A DNA stretch of 58,851 bases, counting the filler, from Sphacelaria rigidula (Eukaryota), in the NCBI GenBank assembly GCA_964200075.2. It is 9 parts of 9 records of this genome, joined end to end, with 100 filler letters (N's around TTAATTAATTAA, not from the genome) between each part and the next. Parts side by side here need not be neighbours in the genome. Positions count along the whole stretch, not along the records: positions 1 to 6,451 come from CAXNAA020019992.1; positions 6,552 to 13,002 come from CAXNAA020019993.1; 7 more parts are not named here. One strand, written 5' to 3'. Made by a program: the position numbers and the translations under genes. A model generated the notes under the pieces. That model was not told the DNA's origin. It saw nothing but the letters and a program-made list of their open reading frames with translations, and did no database searches. Below are positions 1 to 13,102 of the stretch, one piece after another; positions within the stretch are counted from its first letter, which is position 1, and each line of letters begins with the position of its first letter.

Positions 1-193
1 TTTAAACACTACATAGTACGATCATCCCCACTGTGCGGAGTTGAGGTTCTCCCACGTCGCACAACATGATCTAGCTCGACCACCATCATGGTTACCGCAA
101 GAAAACGCAAGAGCGCAAAACAATCGGTAACCTGGTTGCTATCTTACGCAGTGATAGGCGTGTTTTACAGCGTCATCGTCAACCGACGCCAAC
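1..193 (-). mobile_element. Partial copy (5' part) of ~490-bp non-autonomous SINE-like element, 'family B'
   Basis: Aligns by eye to the corresponding ends of the copies at 22116-22608 and 52412-52902. Ends at the same GACGCCAAC boundary, followed closely by a G-run. Confidence 0.85.
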
Positions 194-3100
194 CCCATCG
201 GGGGTCCGCCCCTACAGAGCTGGGACGGATCACGCCGGGTTCTCGCCGGACCAGGCTGAACCACACAGGGGCCAAAGCACAGATGGGGGGGCGTTAAAGG
301 AGAAAATGCGGACCTTGCGAACTATCGGACGGCACGAACAGCGAAGAAAGTAGCGTGTCTACGGTGTGGAGATCAAAGACTCGCAAGATCGGGTCCTTGT
401 CACGATGAATATGGGCCGTTGCACCTGGGGATCGGGAAAGGAGCGGAGGAGTTCGAGGGAGACAGGCGATGCAGATACCTACGCCAATCCAACCCACATC
501 ACAAGCAAAAGGCTATCGCGTTCAGAGCCACAGACAAATCCGCAACTGTTGGCGCAACAGCATTAGCAATTGCCTGCGACGAATGCAACACGAAAATGGT
601 GGACAACGCGGCTTGCGTCACCCCGGTCTCGGGATGAGGAGAGGGAAGCACTTGAGCCCATGTTCACGTGCTATCCTATCTGTGCCTGACTCCTCGCCTA
701 GACCTATACTGCAACGATGTTCCATCGTTGTGTTGTTGACCATGCGGTGTTTTATTTATGGCGCTCTTCTCCCCCATATGTCGTTCTTCCTTCAACTTCA
801 TCTTCCCTCTCCGCTCGTTTCTACCGGGCCGAATCCAGCCCGTGTCTTGGAGAGAAGCCCAAACCAATCTTGTGGCAACAAATGTTTCGCCCTATGGTGA
901 CAACTTGGGTTCTTAAGGGAAGCACACAGAGCATCCTTTGTGAAAGAAAGACGATTTTTACCGGCACTGGACGTGGTTCTAAACAGGTCTGAGGATCGCA
1001 ACGTCCACCGCGAGTGATGTCACTGGAATACGCGACAACTATACAACCGAGCCCAAACAGACGCGGGCAGACACTCGCAGCACGAGCACATCACGTGCAG
1101 CACTGGCTCTCGACCACATACATTTAGTGGTGTGGCTTTCGTGGCAATCGTTTCGGTAATGGAAAAGAGGCACCCGTGTGGGTGCTAAAGAAGTTGTTCA
1201 CGAACCATGTGTTTACCATATGTGCGTGTCTTACACGGCGCGCGTCTGAATAAAATAGAGTATCATTCAATTTTATTCGATTGTACCCAACCCACAACTT
1301 GCACGGCTCTGCCGCTCCATGGAATGTTTACCGCGGATTATTGTGTAAAGTATATGAAAAATAACCGCGATTCTCTTTGCTTCATCATTAGACGAGTGCA
1401 GAAAAAATGCCCCTTGCAGAGTGCAGTATGCACTACAGTACCTCAAGCTCAAAGTAGGGTATTTGGAGATATCTCCGTATTTGGCGATTTTCTCAGGTTC
1501 TTTCGCTTGCCACCGCTCATCGCACTGGGGATCTGAAGATACTAGTATCCGCTCCACATTCCAAGAGGGAAAAATCACCTGTGTTCAATATTGAGTGACG
1601 TACGGACTGATCGGTCATCAGGGGCCCCGCCACTCTTCAGCCCAGATTCTGACGCTTCGGTATTTCCGATCAATCGAGCCCGCTCCGATCGTATTTGTAA
1701 AAAATAAAAAAGCCTTGTTTTCTTTAAATTGTACCTTCTCATTGCACTAAAGCCGGAAAACTGTGTTTTACGGTCAACGACAATATCCGATTAAACGGGA
1801 TATCTACTTGTGTCGCCCGATAACACCAACCAACTTAACTTGGGCAATGTGTTTTGAAGATGATCTGCTTATTATCCCAAATTCTACCGACGCTAGCACT
1901 TTCGAGTTCTATCGAAGAGTAGTACGCCATAAAAACCCGAAACATCCCGTGCCACTTAGAACTTGATGTACTATACGCAAAACAGCACTAAGAACGGTCG
2001 ATATGCGGTCTGTTATTAGGTCTCTCTTGACCCACACTCGCCACTACACCAGTAGCTCTCGGCGTACGAACGTGCAGCTGGTATAAAAAAAGTTTCCATG
2101 ACATTGAGAGTCTAGGATACGATTGGGAGTAAGAGGCGGTCAATTAGTGAATGAATCGTTTCAGTTCGGATTTGTCCCTCCACGAAGCCCGATATACTCT
2201 CTGTAGTAGCTTGCCACTGAAGCCTTTGATATCCCTGAGTAGGATATCGACGTCTATAGCTGTAAGGATACGACAGTGGTACAGGCCAAGAAAAGCACAC
2301 ACAGAATGAGAGATTGATTAACTTCGAGCGAGACATAAAACGCACTCTCAACAAGACTCTCAATCTCATCGAAACACTGTTGTTGGCGGTAATATTCGAA
2401 ACCAAACGCATTCTTATCAAGAATAAAAACATTTATAGCCTGGGGAAATGTCTACGAACGGCATTCCTGTAGAAAATTGCTTCAAGAAAGGTAAAACTGT
2501 CTTTTCTCCAGACGTTTCAATCATATCCGTTCGGGATGGGTTCTATACCAATGACCTGAAGGAAATGGACGTTTCCCCCTCAAACAATGGTGCGCGAGAG
2601 AAAGATATGCAACGACCATTACGACAGGGTACCCTACCGTTGGCCATTTATTTCTGACGTATCTTCACGGTGATTCTACTCTCAGCATAATGTATTTTCC
2701 AGGCTGCCTTCCTGCTTTTTCAAGACGGGTGCGCACTACCCCCGTGCCTCAAGAAGTTCTTAATTTTTGGAAAGATGATCGTCGTGGTAGGGGTTGGCTG
2801 CAATGGGGAGATACCTGGTACGGAGTAAAATCATGACGTGAGGCCTTACTGTATGTTATATTTACATATACGTATAGGGCAGAACACCATGAAATATTTC
2901 TTGTCAGAGTTCAGGAAGCCAACATGTGACTGCCTGGGGGGTAATTCTTGACTATCCCACCCGCCAACACAAGGTGCGTACCCAGACAGTAGGATATCGT
3001 GTTAGGACACATCAGCCCGCGGACAATCAGGCTATCGTGTTAGTAGGCAGTACAGTATTACAATCCACACAACGGACACAATCGCGGAGGTGAGCACACA

Positions 3101-3360
3101 ACGTGCGTACATTGCCGCACATTCGGACCCACAACGCGCACGACAGAGTAAAAGTGCACTTCTTACGCAGGACCCACGCACACGGGGGGCATCTTGGATC
3201 ATTTTTCCTGAAAACCAATGCAGAGTACTCCCAGGAAAGTAGTTCAACCCTCCGTCACATGAGTACTAGTGAAACCATGTTGGTTCTGCAGTATGCAAAG
3301 AGTAGTCACTGCTTGCCCATATTTGGTATCCTTACAAACACTAAATCTAGTCGCACGATA

Positions 3361-3892
3361 CAAGCTGGGCCAGCCTAGAAGCGGATTAGTAGTTTGCACG
3401 ACCATTTGTCGGCCAATATTTAGAACTGGACCCTGAGATTTGGTATGGACAATGAAAAGGGCAAAATAAGAAATAAATTACGCGTGTACCCAAAGATTGT
3501 TTTGTTTTCATGAGTTAAGAGCATTTAACTGATCCCTGAAAATCGACTATTGCTCTTGACTTATGGGAAGATATGAAGACCCCTGGGTATACGCGTAATT
3601 GTTTCTATTGCGCTTTTTTCATTGTCCATACCAAGTTTCAGGATCCAACTCTGCATATTGGCCGGCGAATGGGTCGTTTGGTATCGGGGTCGATGGGAAT
3701 TCGGAACATTATTTTGCAGGTCACTTACCGGCCCACGTTTCGTGTTCGTGTATTGAAATTTTGTGTGGGACCTCGCTAGGGCATAATGAACCAAAAAATT
3801 GGGCCAGGTTGGTATTTTGTCTTTCCACTGGCTTAGGGCATTTTGGTATGGTAACGCCCGTTTTTTCACGAGAACGCCCGAACCTCTCCCAG
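3361..3892. repeat. Dispersed repeat containing a ~280-bp imperfect palindrome (3398-3677)
   Basis: Arm 3398-3492 is the approximate reverse complement of 3584-3677, and pairing continues inward. Homologous copy at 58244-58772. Confidence 0.85.
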
Positions 3893-4924
3893 AAAAGATA
3901 AGTGAAGGCCAATTTTTTCTACTTTGCATGCTGCCGTGGTTCTACATGCTGAGTTTCAAATCACAATTCTAGAAATTGAGCTAAAAATTTGAGATACGGC
4001 CGAAGAGCAATGTTCACTTCTCCTCGAAAGTGCCCTGAAACCCGAGAAAAATAAAAAATAAACGGAAAAATGAAAGAACTCCTTCTTGTAGCTTTGTTAT
4101 GCACTAGCCTGCACTGGCGGTTCTCCATATGAAATTTTATTTCATAACTCTGAAACCTGGGACGCGATATCCAGGTTTAGTTCATGTATTGTCTCTACTC
4201 GTAATATGTTTCATTTAGTATGGAAACACATGTGATCCATATCTCGAGATAGATGAATTGGGTGAAGGTTAGGGTATCTATCGTCTCCCCGTGGTGCAGG
4301 GAATATCCACACCAAATATCGTCGTCATCCGCTGAATGCATCGATCGCGGTTTCATATAGATTTTGGTATGGACGCTATCTCCGTCCAGTATAGGAATTA
4401 CTAGACATGGGGTTCAATCAGCGACAAAATATTGGCTCATACTTTCGAGCAGATGGGCACCTTCCTCTTGATTAGGCAATGAATACAATATGCGAATCAT
4501 GGCCCAACTCGTCTGTGTCAGTGAGATATTGCTGTGAGAGCTTAAATCCGTTTCTAGGCTCGCCCAGCTCTTGTAGGTATTTCCAACAAATCTGGAACCT
4601 CAACATGTCTCAGCACCGGAATAGCACAGCCTTGAACTTCAAACGCCTAAACGTCGGGAACAACCGGGAGTCTAAACAACCCGAAACAGACCGTTTCTGC
4701 ATGCTCCTGCAGGCTTCATCAGAACACTGCTCTTCTTGCGTGTCGTTTCCGCGAACCTGGATCTGACACGAAACGCAGATGTGAACACCGCATCTGCGGG
4801 ATGATTTTTCTTGATCAATTCGCCACGAGCGTAGCGTATATCGGTAGACCGCAGGTCGGTCATCGCCAAAGTGCTGCAACCCCCAAGCTCCCCAGCGCAT
4901 CAAGCCACGCTTTCGTTGTCGTTA

Positions 4925-5133
4925 CTGTAATGGGTGAGAGGACCGCGTGCTTACGGGACCGCATCGTAGTGCAAAACACATCAGGATCGACGCTTTTCGA
5001 AACCATTCGGGCCATTCCTTGCAGAGACCACGCCATTGGCCCTAACCCCAACACTGACCCTATCCCTAGCCGTAGTGATGTTTGAACTCCAATATGCGGT
5101 CCCCTAAGCACGGGGTCCTCTCACGCACTACAG
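4925..5133. mobile_element. MITE with ~40-bp TIRs and TTA target-site duplication (PIF/Harbinger-like)
   Basis: CTGTAATGGGTGAGAGGACCGCGTGCTTA... / ...TAAGCACGGGGTCCTCTCACGCACTACAG, flanked by TTA on both sides. Second copy at 41844-42032. Confidence 0.85.
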
Positions 5134-6451
5134 TTACGTGCATCTCATAGCGCACGTCCCGTCGTATCATTTGCTTTCTGTGACTTGCTTCCTACGTTAT
5201 CAACAACTGATCCTCGAGTTTTGTGTGGTTCACGTTCACAGCTGGTCTAATTTTGAGATGAGTTGACCTTTCTCCTCGCTTTGCCCCGTCCAGACCGCAT
5301 CACCCGTGATCTGGTGAACGATCCAACGGCTCTTTCAAGCCATCAAATAGATCTCCCCTGAATACACCAATGGGGCGGGTGTTGGAGCATGACTGGCAGG
5401 AAATGTGCAGACTCAAGGGTGCGTTCACTCAACTAGATGAAGAGTTGCACCTCTTTCTGTAGGTTGTTGCTGGATTTTTGAACCGCCACCAGTCGGGAAG
5501 ATCGGCGACTCTGCGAGTGCCGAGGTTACGGTCTCTGCTCGCGCGTGTTGAGCAGCTACGTTGGGCAGAGATGGGAGCAATAGGTTGCCTTGGAACCGTA
5601 CATGGGCAGTCCAGCAAGGGTTTATCGAAACTGTACACGAGATCGGTCGTGACGTGTGCAAATCTGATCCAACTTGAGTACGGAGTTATATCGTGAAATG
5701 TCAATTGTGATGGACGCGACCCTATGTTTTTCCCGGTCGTTACATTTTTCCGGTAGTTTGAAGAAGTAAATTCATGCATAGTGACACTAGTTTGATACGA
5801 CCGGTGATTGGCCCATAAAATCATCTCTAATCTTCGAGGACATGTGTTCAAACATACAAGGTGTTGCCCATTTGCACCGTCAAGGTAACATACTTCTAAA
5901 TGTCGTCTCAGAATCCACCGTCGTCGCGGGGGACGGAGTATATATACACACTGCAGACTATCGAACCGCCGCAACCTTTTCTTACGTTTATTTTTCAAAA
6001 TCATCACGTACACGTGCACACCAAAACAGGTACTTGTACCCATGTACGCGTCACGCCAGGCAATCTCGATAGCAACATATAACTTGGTTGTAGCAAATGC
6101 TGTGAGGATGATATTTTCCCCGCCCCTACTACATCATGCACAGTGCCACTCAACATGCTCTGGGCTTCATGAAATATTGGCATCTTGTTATGGAAGTTGA
6201 AAAGTAAGGAAGTACTCACAACCGCGTTGGGTATTTTACTTATGTGAGGTTCGTTAAGAACGCCCTGTACTTTTCTAGTTAGGGAACAGCGTAAATGACA
6301 AGCGCATCATTGCTTCAAAATATGGTGTGCCATGCCGAATGAATGGTAACCCAGCAGAAAGATGAAAAAGATATGCCTACCTTCTGGACGATCGCACACG
6401 TCAATATCGGCGCATTACGGGAGGCTCATCGAGCATTTCTGCTGAGATGCC

Positions 6452-6551
6452 NNNNNNNNNNNNNNNNNNNNNNNNNNNNNNNNNNNNNNNNNNNNTTAAT
6501 TAATTAANNNNNNNNNNNNNNNNNNNNNNNNNNNNNNNNNNNNNNNNNNNN
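6452..6551. other. Artificial contig linker N44-TTAATTAATTAA-N44
   Basis: 100-nt spacer with stops in all six frames, repeated identically about every 6550 bp. Confidence 0.99.
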
Positions 6552-6663
6552 TTAAAAAAGAAAAAAACAAAAAAAGGTGTACCTCATTACATCACTTTAC
6601 CTCCCCCCCCCCCCCCCCCCTCTCCAAAAACAAAACAGGCAAGATGCTTTGGTTTTCTCCTAC

Positions 6664-6767
6664 CGGACTTCCCAGCCAGGCGGAAGGTCGCGAAGAACGC
6701 TGTGCTCGTCAACCGAAAAGGAACCCACTGATCTAACGCTCGCGGCAGCCTGTGTCGGCCGGTTCCA
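6664..6767 (-). CDS. Exon of WW-domain protein (end of WW1, start of WW2)
   Basis: cag|TGG...CG|gtagg encodes WNRPTQAAASVRSVGSFSVDEHSVLRDLPPGWEV(R). It supplies the second Trp and Pro of the WW domain begun in the upstream exon. Confidence 0.88.
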
Positions 6768-7082
6768 CTGATGAAGAACAAAATACAGCAAAAAAAAAAA
6801 AAAGGAGGCCAAGGGGGGATGATGAACACATTTTTTTCAAATAAAAGCAAGATGGGGAACTAGGGAAGGAATCGGCATGCTGGTCTGTTTATGATAGCAC
6901 TTTTCTTCTATCCTCCATATCTCCATACCACACGAATACTCAGGCATGTCCCGTCGGTCACCTCATTGAGCTCTGTTTGCGCAACGCTTAGCTCGGAAAG
7001 ACGCAACGCTTTCGACAGCAACGAAGACTGCAACAGGCTTCTGAAGAAACGGTGGCGCTTGCACTACAATAGAGACGAGCTA

Positions 7083-7274
<192 letters not shown>

Positions 7275-9527
7275 TCATTGATCACAGCAGCAAAAACGAA
7301 CATGAGAGAGCCAAACGACAATAACTGATGAGAGGCAATAGTCCGCTATATTAGTCCAGTTTGACCTATTTTCGAACGATGAAAAAGACTGAAACACGGC
7401 AGAATGATTTGGTCAAAAGCCACCATCCTTTCCAGAAAAAGGCTTCACACACTGTTCAAATCATTTGCGCCTGCATCAAGTGCGCGTCAACTTGTCAGCC
7501 AAAAGGTCTGCAGGAAACTTTGAACAGTCAGTCCTTCTTTGATAAACGCCTGCTCACTCCTGCTTTTATCCGGAGCAACATCGAGATTTTGTGTCAAGTC
7601 GTTCGACGGCACATGGAAGCATCGACCAGAGGTCTTGCAGAAACATACTACAATACGATGGCGTATCAAGTGATCAAGAAATTCTCCGGCTGAAGTGATG
7701 ACACTAATCGAAACGGTTTCCCACACTACAACACACGAACTCAACCATATTTATCGGATGAGTTTCCTACACTTCGTCAAAACTTTGTCGCACAACATAC
7801 ACAAGAAACCCCCACATCGATATACAGCCCTCATTTGACCCCCACAGCACCCAAGGCTATTATTCTGTTCTAAGAATACATCCCGACAGTCCTGCGTATA
7901 TTTGGGGTACCGTAATATCACAAGCTTGAATAGTCCTTCAACTGATCCTCCGGCGCTAAACCAGAGAGGAATACAAGCCTCTGTTTTTCCTTCTTTTTTT
8001 TTTTGGGGGGGAGGGGGGTATGGCGCGTGTAGAAATCCAAACCCATCTTTAAAGACGCAGGTTGGGGCTTTGGGGCTTGATCTGTCTGCTGCCAAGACTA
8101 CCACAGCGGCGCGCTCGTATAGGGCACGGCTGATGAAACCTCGGTACATGCAATACCACATGCAGTGACCACACTGTCATTGCATGTGGTAGTCTCCACT
8201 CACCCGAAATTAATGTACGGTGTTGTACTGTACTAATTTCAACGTTGTGTTCTGTGGGGTATACTGGACATAAATCGGGCATTCACAGAGGTATAAATGA
8301 GGTATTTCATCCGCGAACACAGTTCCGAACCACGACAAAGCGTTCGAAACAGAGCTCGATAGCCTGCCGAACCGTAAGGGAGTATTCGGTACACATCCCG
8401 GTATGGCTTAGTATGCCAACTGAAAATGTTTCACGTTCTGGCATACAGTATTTTTGTTTCATTTATTTTCATTTATTTTGTATCGCGTCTGTGTGAATTG
8501 TTTCTAGGTCCGATCCTATCTCATGATTCTCTTTTACCCTAGCTTAGGGTAGTTAGCCTGTGACCACGGAAGCCGTCCGCATCAGACGCCCAGAACAGAG
8601 TACTGCGCAGATATCGGAACGATTTTTAAATGTGAAGACAACAACAACAACAACACCCTACAGCATACAACCTTGCTACATCCGGTACTGTACTCGTTAC
8701 GAAGCGGATACATGTGTGGGTGGCCATAGCCCGGTGAGCCTGGACCCCCCTTCTATGTCGTAAATGTGCCGTCTTTCATTCCAACACTCCAAACCCACAA
8801 AATAGGCAGGCCAACAGAACGCCTTTTGCACAACTGGGCACTTCAAGGATCAACGAGACACAAAGTGTGGAAAAGCACTAATGAACAGCGAGGCAGGAAG
8901 CGAGGGAGCTCAAGCGACACAGTGAGGGGGTTTAAAATCGGCTGGTGATCCATCACATGAAATGAAAAACGAACGAACAAGAGTTGATTTCGATTTCACT
9001 CTGTATCATTCGTGTCACGAAAGAGATATCAAGTTTATGTTTCCTCCAACACCGACGCCTACTACTGTAACAGCGATTTTCTTCATATTAAGAAATCTGT
9101 CATCTTGCGTTAGCGCGAGCAGGACACGACAATTGTTTCACGTACAACCTTTGGTCTAGAGTACGCGCCGGTGCCCGCACATTCAAGATCGGGGGCGGTG
9201 AGCTTCGTGTCAACCGTACATGAGGATAATCAAAGTGACCCATGACGGCTATATCTAGCAAAAATGGCTGTTTCAGGACAAATTAAACGTCCACAATTAT
9301 TGATTTAGCTGATTGATCGATTGACTGGCGCAAATTAACGAACAAATATCGAAATAATCAATTTGTGGTGACAGTATGGACAACCCCCAAGGAAAACACA
9401 GTGAACACTCGTTGAAGCAAACTCAAGGACGGGAAAAGAAGAAAGGAAGGAAGTGAGAATAAAGGGGGTAAACTGCAAAATGAAACCGACAACAAAAAGA
9501 AGTGAAACGCGTGTTTAAAACACTTAC

Positions 9528-9617
9528 CTCGAACCCGGATTGCCGACGCCCCGAGCGCTGGGGACCTTCCGTGACTCTCACAGGGCCAGACGGAACCATG
9601 AATGACCGCTGTCGAAT
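9528..9617 (-). CDS. Putative upstream exon (possibly of the WW gene)
   Basis: 90 nt between tag| and |gtaagt. Open in two frames, no recognisable motif. Confidence 0.4.
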
Positions 9618-10147
9618 CTACGACACGCACGACCCGACACACAACGGAACAATCCGGGTATTGACGGATGTGTTTTCATAGTCCGGGGCACGTCCTGTAC
9701 ATCTACCCTGCCGGAGGAAGCTGTTCTTCCTCGTCGGCTGTGCTCTTAGGTTGTGTCAGAAACGCTTGATGCACGCAGGAGTTCGCCAAATGAGTACTAC
9801 GATTGATTCTCCATCAATAGCAGTGAAACAGCGTCTTGTGTGTCAAGTGCAAGAAACTAAAGAGCACCCGAGAATGTAAACGAATGTGAATCGTCTCTTA
9901 GGCGTGCTCGTTTGACTATTTCAGCGAAAGAGACACCAACACAGACCGCGGCAAAAACAAAGGCAAGAGCACGAGCAGAATCGAGATATAGCAGCCCTCT
10001 GATACTGGTAGACCTGACTCTCACGCCGACACACACAGACAAGGTGGATCACGAGTTGTTCCTCGTACTGTTGCTCGTCTGCAACGTTGGCTCCGCCTCT
10101 TCTGGGATCCGAGGTTGAGAAAGCAACGAGAGAAAGCAATATTGCAT

Positions 10148-10452
10148 GGTTGGATTCTGTGGGGCACAATTGCTTGTTTACCCGCGGTATTTATCCGGGT
10201 ATTACCCGTGCCGGACAGTTCTGTAAGTTCTCCAAGCCTCTCACACCGGTACCCGACAGGTCTGTGAGACCTGTACGAAATGTTTACCCTTACCCGGGGT
10301 ACGGGTATACCCTTACAAAGGTACCCGGTTGCGGGTAAGGGTTTCTGTACAACCTCCGTACCGTTACCGACAGGTTCTGCACGTTTTGTAATACCTCCAT
10401 ACCGGTACCGGACAGTCCTGTAAGTTCTGTGAGAAATACCATACCCAACCTT
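10148..10452. repeat. Dispersed repeat built from (CCGACAGTTCTGTAAGTTCTGT)-like subunits
   Basis: Internal degenerate subunits with GGTTG...CAACC ends. Longer copy at 25417-25935. Confidence 0.75.
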
Positions 10453-10775
10453 CGAACACGCGATCATGGCGTCTGAACAACCGCAAAACGAATGACATAT
10501 GGAACACGCAGCCACCCCGCCCGACATATATTGCCAACACGACGGAACATACGCAATACATACGCACAGCCGAAAGATTCCGGGGCAGTCCCTGCACGAA
10601 GTCCTGCACTCGAGTTGACTCTTGATCCTCGATCGTCGCCTGCGTCAAACGTGTCGGAAATATCTCCATGTAAAAAAAAATGATGCTCAACACACGGCCA
10701 TCATACCACCGCGTGGGAATAAAAAATATATTGAGACTAAAAGTATGGTGATCACATCATATTTGGATGCAATTT

Positions 10776-10988
10776 CCCACCCCTGACAATATATTACGAA
10801 AGTGTATTTGGTACAGTATTGAATCTACCGCTTATAGCAATGTACACTCTTTGGACAAGAGCTGAATTACACATTTTTTCTACTGCAACTTTTGACCAAA
10901 TGATATCGAGAAGTATGCAATAGACATCACACTCGATACTACGCACATAACTCTTTTTTCGCGAATGTAATATGTAGTTCAGGGTGTG
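10776..10988. mobile_element. Degenerate member of the CACACCCTGGACAA-TIR family
   Basis: Ends CCCACCCCTGACAA / GTTCAGGGTGTG resemble the TIRs at 53354 and 55608. No TSD is visible. Confidence 0.45.
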
Positions 10989-11060
10989 CGTATTAGCCAC
11001 CGCGCGCAAGTGGTAAAAACGAACACATCTTCAAAACGGTTGACACCGCGGACGATTTAA

Positions 11061-11192
11061 GGTCAAAAGTTGCAATACACAAGAAATGTACTGCGTAAAG
11101 TATAGGCCTAGTGCGCCTTTTGTCGCCCGACAATGGGCGCAAGAACCCTATACTTCACGCAGTACATTTCTCGTATTTTGCAACTATTGACC
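11061..11192. repeat. Foldback/MITE-like hairpin with ~46-bp arms (TGTACTGCGT motif)
   Basis: GGTCAAAAGTTGCAATACACAAGAAATGTACTGCGTAAAGTATAGG is nearly the reverse complement of the right end. Confidence 0.8.
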
Positions 11193-11386
11193 ATACATAC
11201 TGTCCAACGTGTGGAACGATCAGGAACTCCACACCGTATTATCAGGGTCCTCACAGATGTTTTCAGGCCAAGCGCCGATCGATCATAGATTACGCAGCGC
11301 CCAGCCTATGTTGTGTTCATGAGAACAAGAGCAACTGCAATGCAGTGACGATTAATAGCAGCATGCAAAGAACCCTCCCCCACCGC

Positions 11387-11456
11387 AACGGAGCTCCGTC
11401 TCGAAAGGGATGCGTGATCAACGGTAAAACGACCAAGGCAAGCAGCAAATGAATAC
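11387..11456 (+). mobile_element. Heavily 5'-truncated LINE 3' end
   Basis: GCTCCGTCTCGAAAGGGATGCGTG...GCAAATGAATAC matches the LINE ends at 14680 and 17724. C-rich sequence lies on both sides. Confidence 0.85.
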
Positions 11457-11899
11457 CCTTCCAGCCACCCCAACCCCCCCCCACCCGCCCACCACCCCCC
11501 TCACACTCCCCCCCCTCCACCCTCNNNNNNNNNNCCCCCCCCCCGCAACCGAGCCCCGGTCCCAAAAGGAGGGGGGCTCAACCGAAAAAAAACCACAGGC
11601 AAGCAAAAAATAATACCCCCCCCCCCCCCCCCCCCCTCCCCCCACCGCCATCCTCTTCCCCTCGTTTCCCTCCGATATGAAGCTTCCGGGGGCGTGGCTC
11701 GTGAAAGATACCGTCACGTGCCTTCCTGCCTCCGGGTACACACAGTCCGTACAGTATATCTGGACACGAAAAGAAGTAGCCGCAAAATCTAACGTTCCAA
11801 AAAAACACGCTCGTCCTGCACGGCTCTCATCCACGCAAGCCGTACAAATATATGGGAACGCCGTCACAGCAACAAAATTTCCGCAAAATCCCAACTCAC

Positions 11900-11995
11900 G
11901 TCGAACATAAATCCGCCTGTGGCGCTGGCTTCGCGCACGATCTCGTCCTCTGCAGGGTAGTACTTCACCCTGCCGAACAGCTGATCTCGTTCACG
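11900..11995 (-). CDS. Putative exon, unknown protein (possibly the WW gene)
   Basis: 96-nt phase 0-0 exon with polypyrimidine tract + cag and gtgagt donor. Encodes RERDQLFGRVKYYPAEDEIVREASATGGFMFD. Confidence 0.65.
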
Positions 11996-12103
11996 CTGGG
12001 AGGGAATACAAAAAAAAGGCGAAACAAATCAAGCAAAAACGAAGACAATAAAGGCGTGAAAAATGCCAGCTTCCAAATGGGGGCCGGAGAATCAGAAACG
12101 TAC

Positions 12104-12173
12104 ACGTGAAACGTCAGACTTCGCGTTGGAATTCCAGATATTCTCCGTCATACTTGCGACCACGGCTGGATCA
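12104..12173 (-). CDS. Putative exon upstream of 11900-11995
   Basis: cag|T GAT...CGT|gtacgt encodes DPAVVASMTENIWNSNAKSDVSR. Its phase-0 end is compatible with the next exon. Confidence 0.5.
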
Positions 12174-12701
12174 CTGGGGGGTCAGTCGAAGTGCGACAAC
12201 CAATCAATCAATTAATCAATCGAATTTGCTCATATTCCATGCCCCATATCGTAGCCACTTACAGGAAGCCGAGGTCCGAAAGTCATACCATCTTCATGGT
12301 TGAGCTTCAAATATTCATATTTCGACCGACAGACCGTAGCGTCGTGTAAGGCAGTGGTCCAAGTGCTCATGAGCTACCGAAAATAAATAAAAATAAATGC
12401 AAGAGGACTGTCAGATCGATTGACCAAGAACACAAAATACGTAACAGCGGGGTCTGAGAAGCCACAGCGTTACCTTTGCGCTACTTTACGTGCTCGGCGC
12501 CCCGCGTTGCAGTGAGCGAATATGGAAAAACGGAGGCAAATGAACTAGCTCATGATCCGAATCAGTACACGAACAACAGGTAATTCCTGGATAGCTCATG
12601 AATTGTCCGACGTGTGGCTGAATTAAAAGCAACCAGGGTGGAAAAATTCGGGTTCGGTTGCCGCCCGGAAGAAGCATGGTGGGAAGACGCGAGGACGAGT
12701 T

Positions 12702-12914
12702 TACGATAGCCCCCCCTCCCGAAATCAGCCCAACACTGTGACAAAAAACATGGCCATGGAGCAGCGCTTGACATTTGGTTTCAGGCTGCATGAAGCGCCC
12801 CATAAGGGCGACATTGACGAAAACGAACCAAAGCGTGGGAATCCCCAGCTGTTCGTTGTGCTCGGCTTTGTTCATTTCGACTGGCGTGCAAACCAGTCAC
12901 TTTTGTTTTTCGGG
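12702..12914. mobile_element. MITE with (TA)CGATAGCCCCC termini, cut at the right end by a family B insertion
   Basis: Body is homologous (reverse orientation) to 52023-52260. Confidence 0.75.
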
Positions 12915-12915
12915 T

Positions 12916-13002
12916 TTACTCATGATCATGCATGCCATAGTCATTAGACCATTGACCTCGCATACCTACAAAGCCCGTCCGGACCGCGACGGGTGTTTGC
13001 CG
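12916..13002 (-). mobile_element. Family B 3' end fragment at contig end
   Basis: TACTCATGATCATGCATGCCATAGTCATTAGACCATTGACCTCGCAT motif. Confidence 0.85.
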
Positions 13003-13102
13003 NNNNNNNNNNNNNNNNNNNNNNNNNNNNNNNNNNNNNNNNNNNNTTAATTAATTAANNNNNNNNNNNNNNNNNNNNNNNNNNNNNNNNNNNNNNNNNN
13101 NN
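13003..13102. other. Artificial contig linker
   Basis: N44-TTAATTAATTAA-N44. Confidence 0.99.

Noticed and set aside
5290..6170. Possible plus-strand exons, including a kinase-like IQGVAHLHRQG stretch
   Set aside because: The frames contain stops, no consistent splice phase could be built, and no HRD/DFG motifs were found.
6962..7050. Open minus-strand segment with AG/GT borders (SLLQSSLLSKALRLSELSVAQTELNE)
   Set aside because: It lies between two exons that must join directly to complete the WW domain, and its phase is incompatible.
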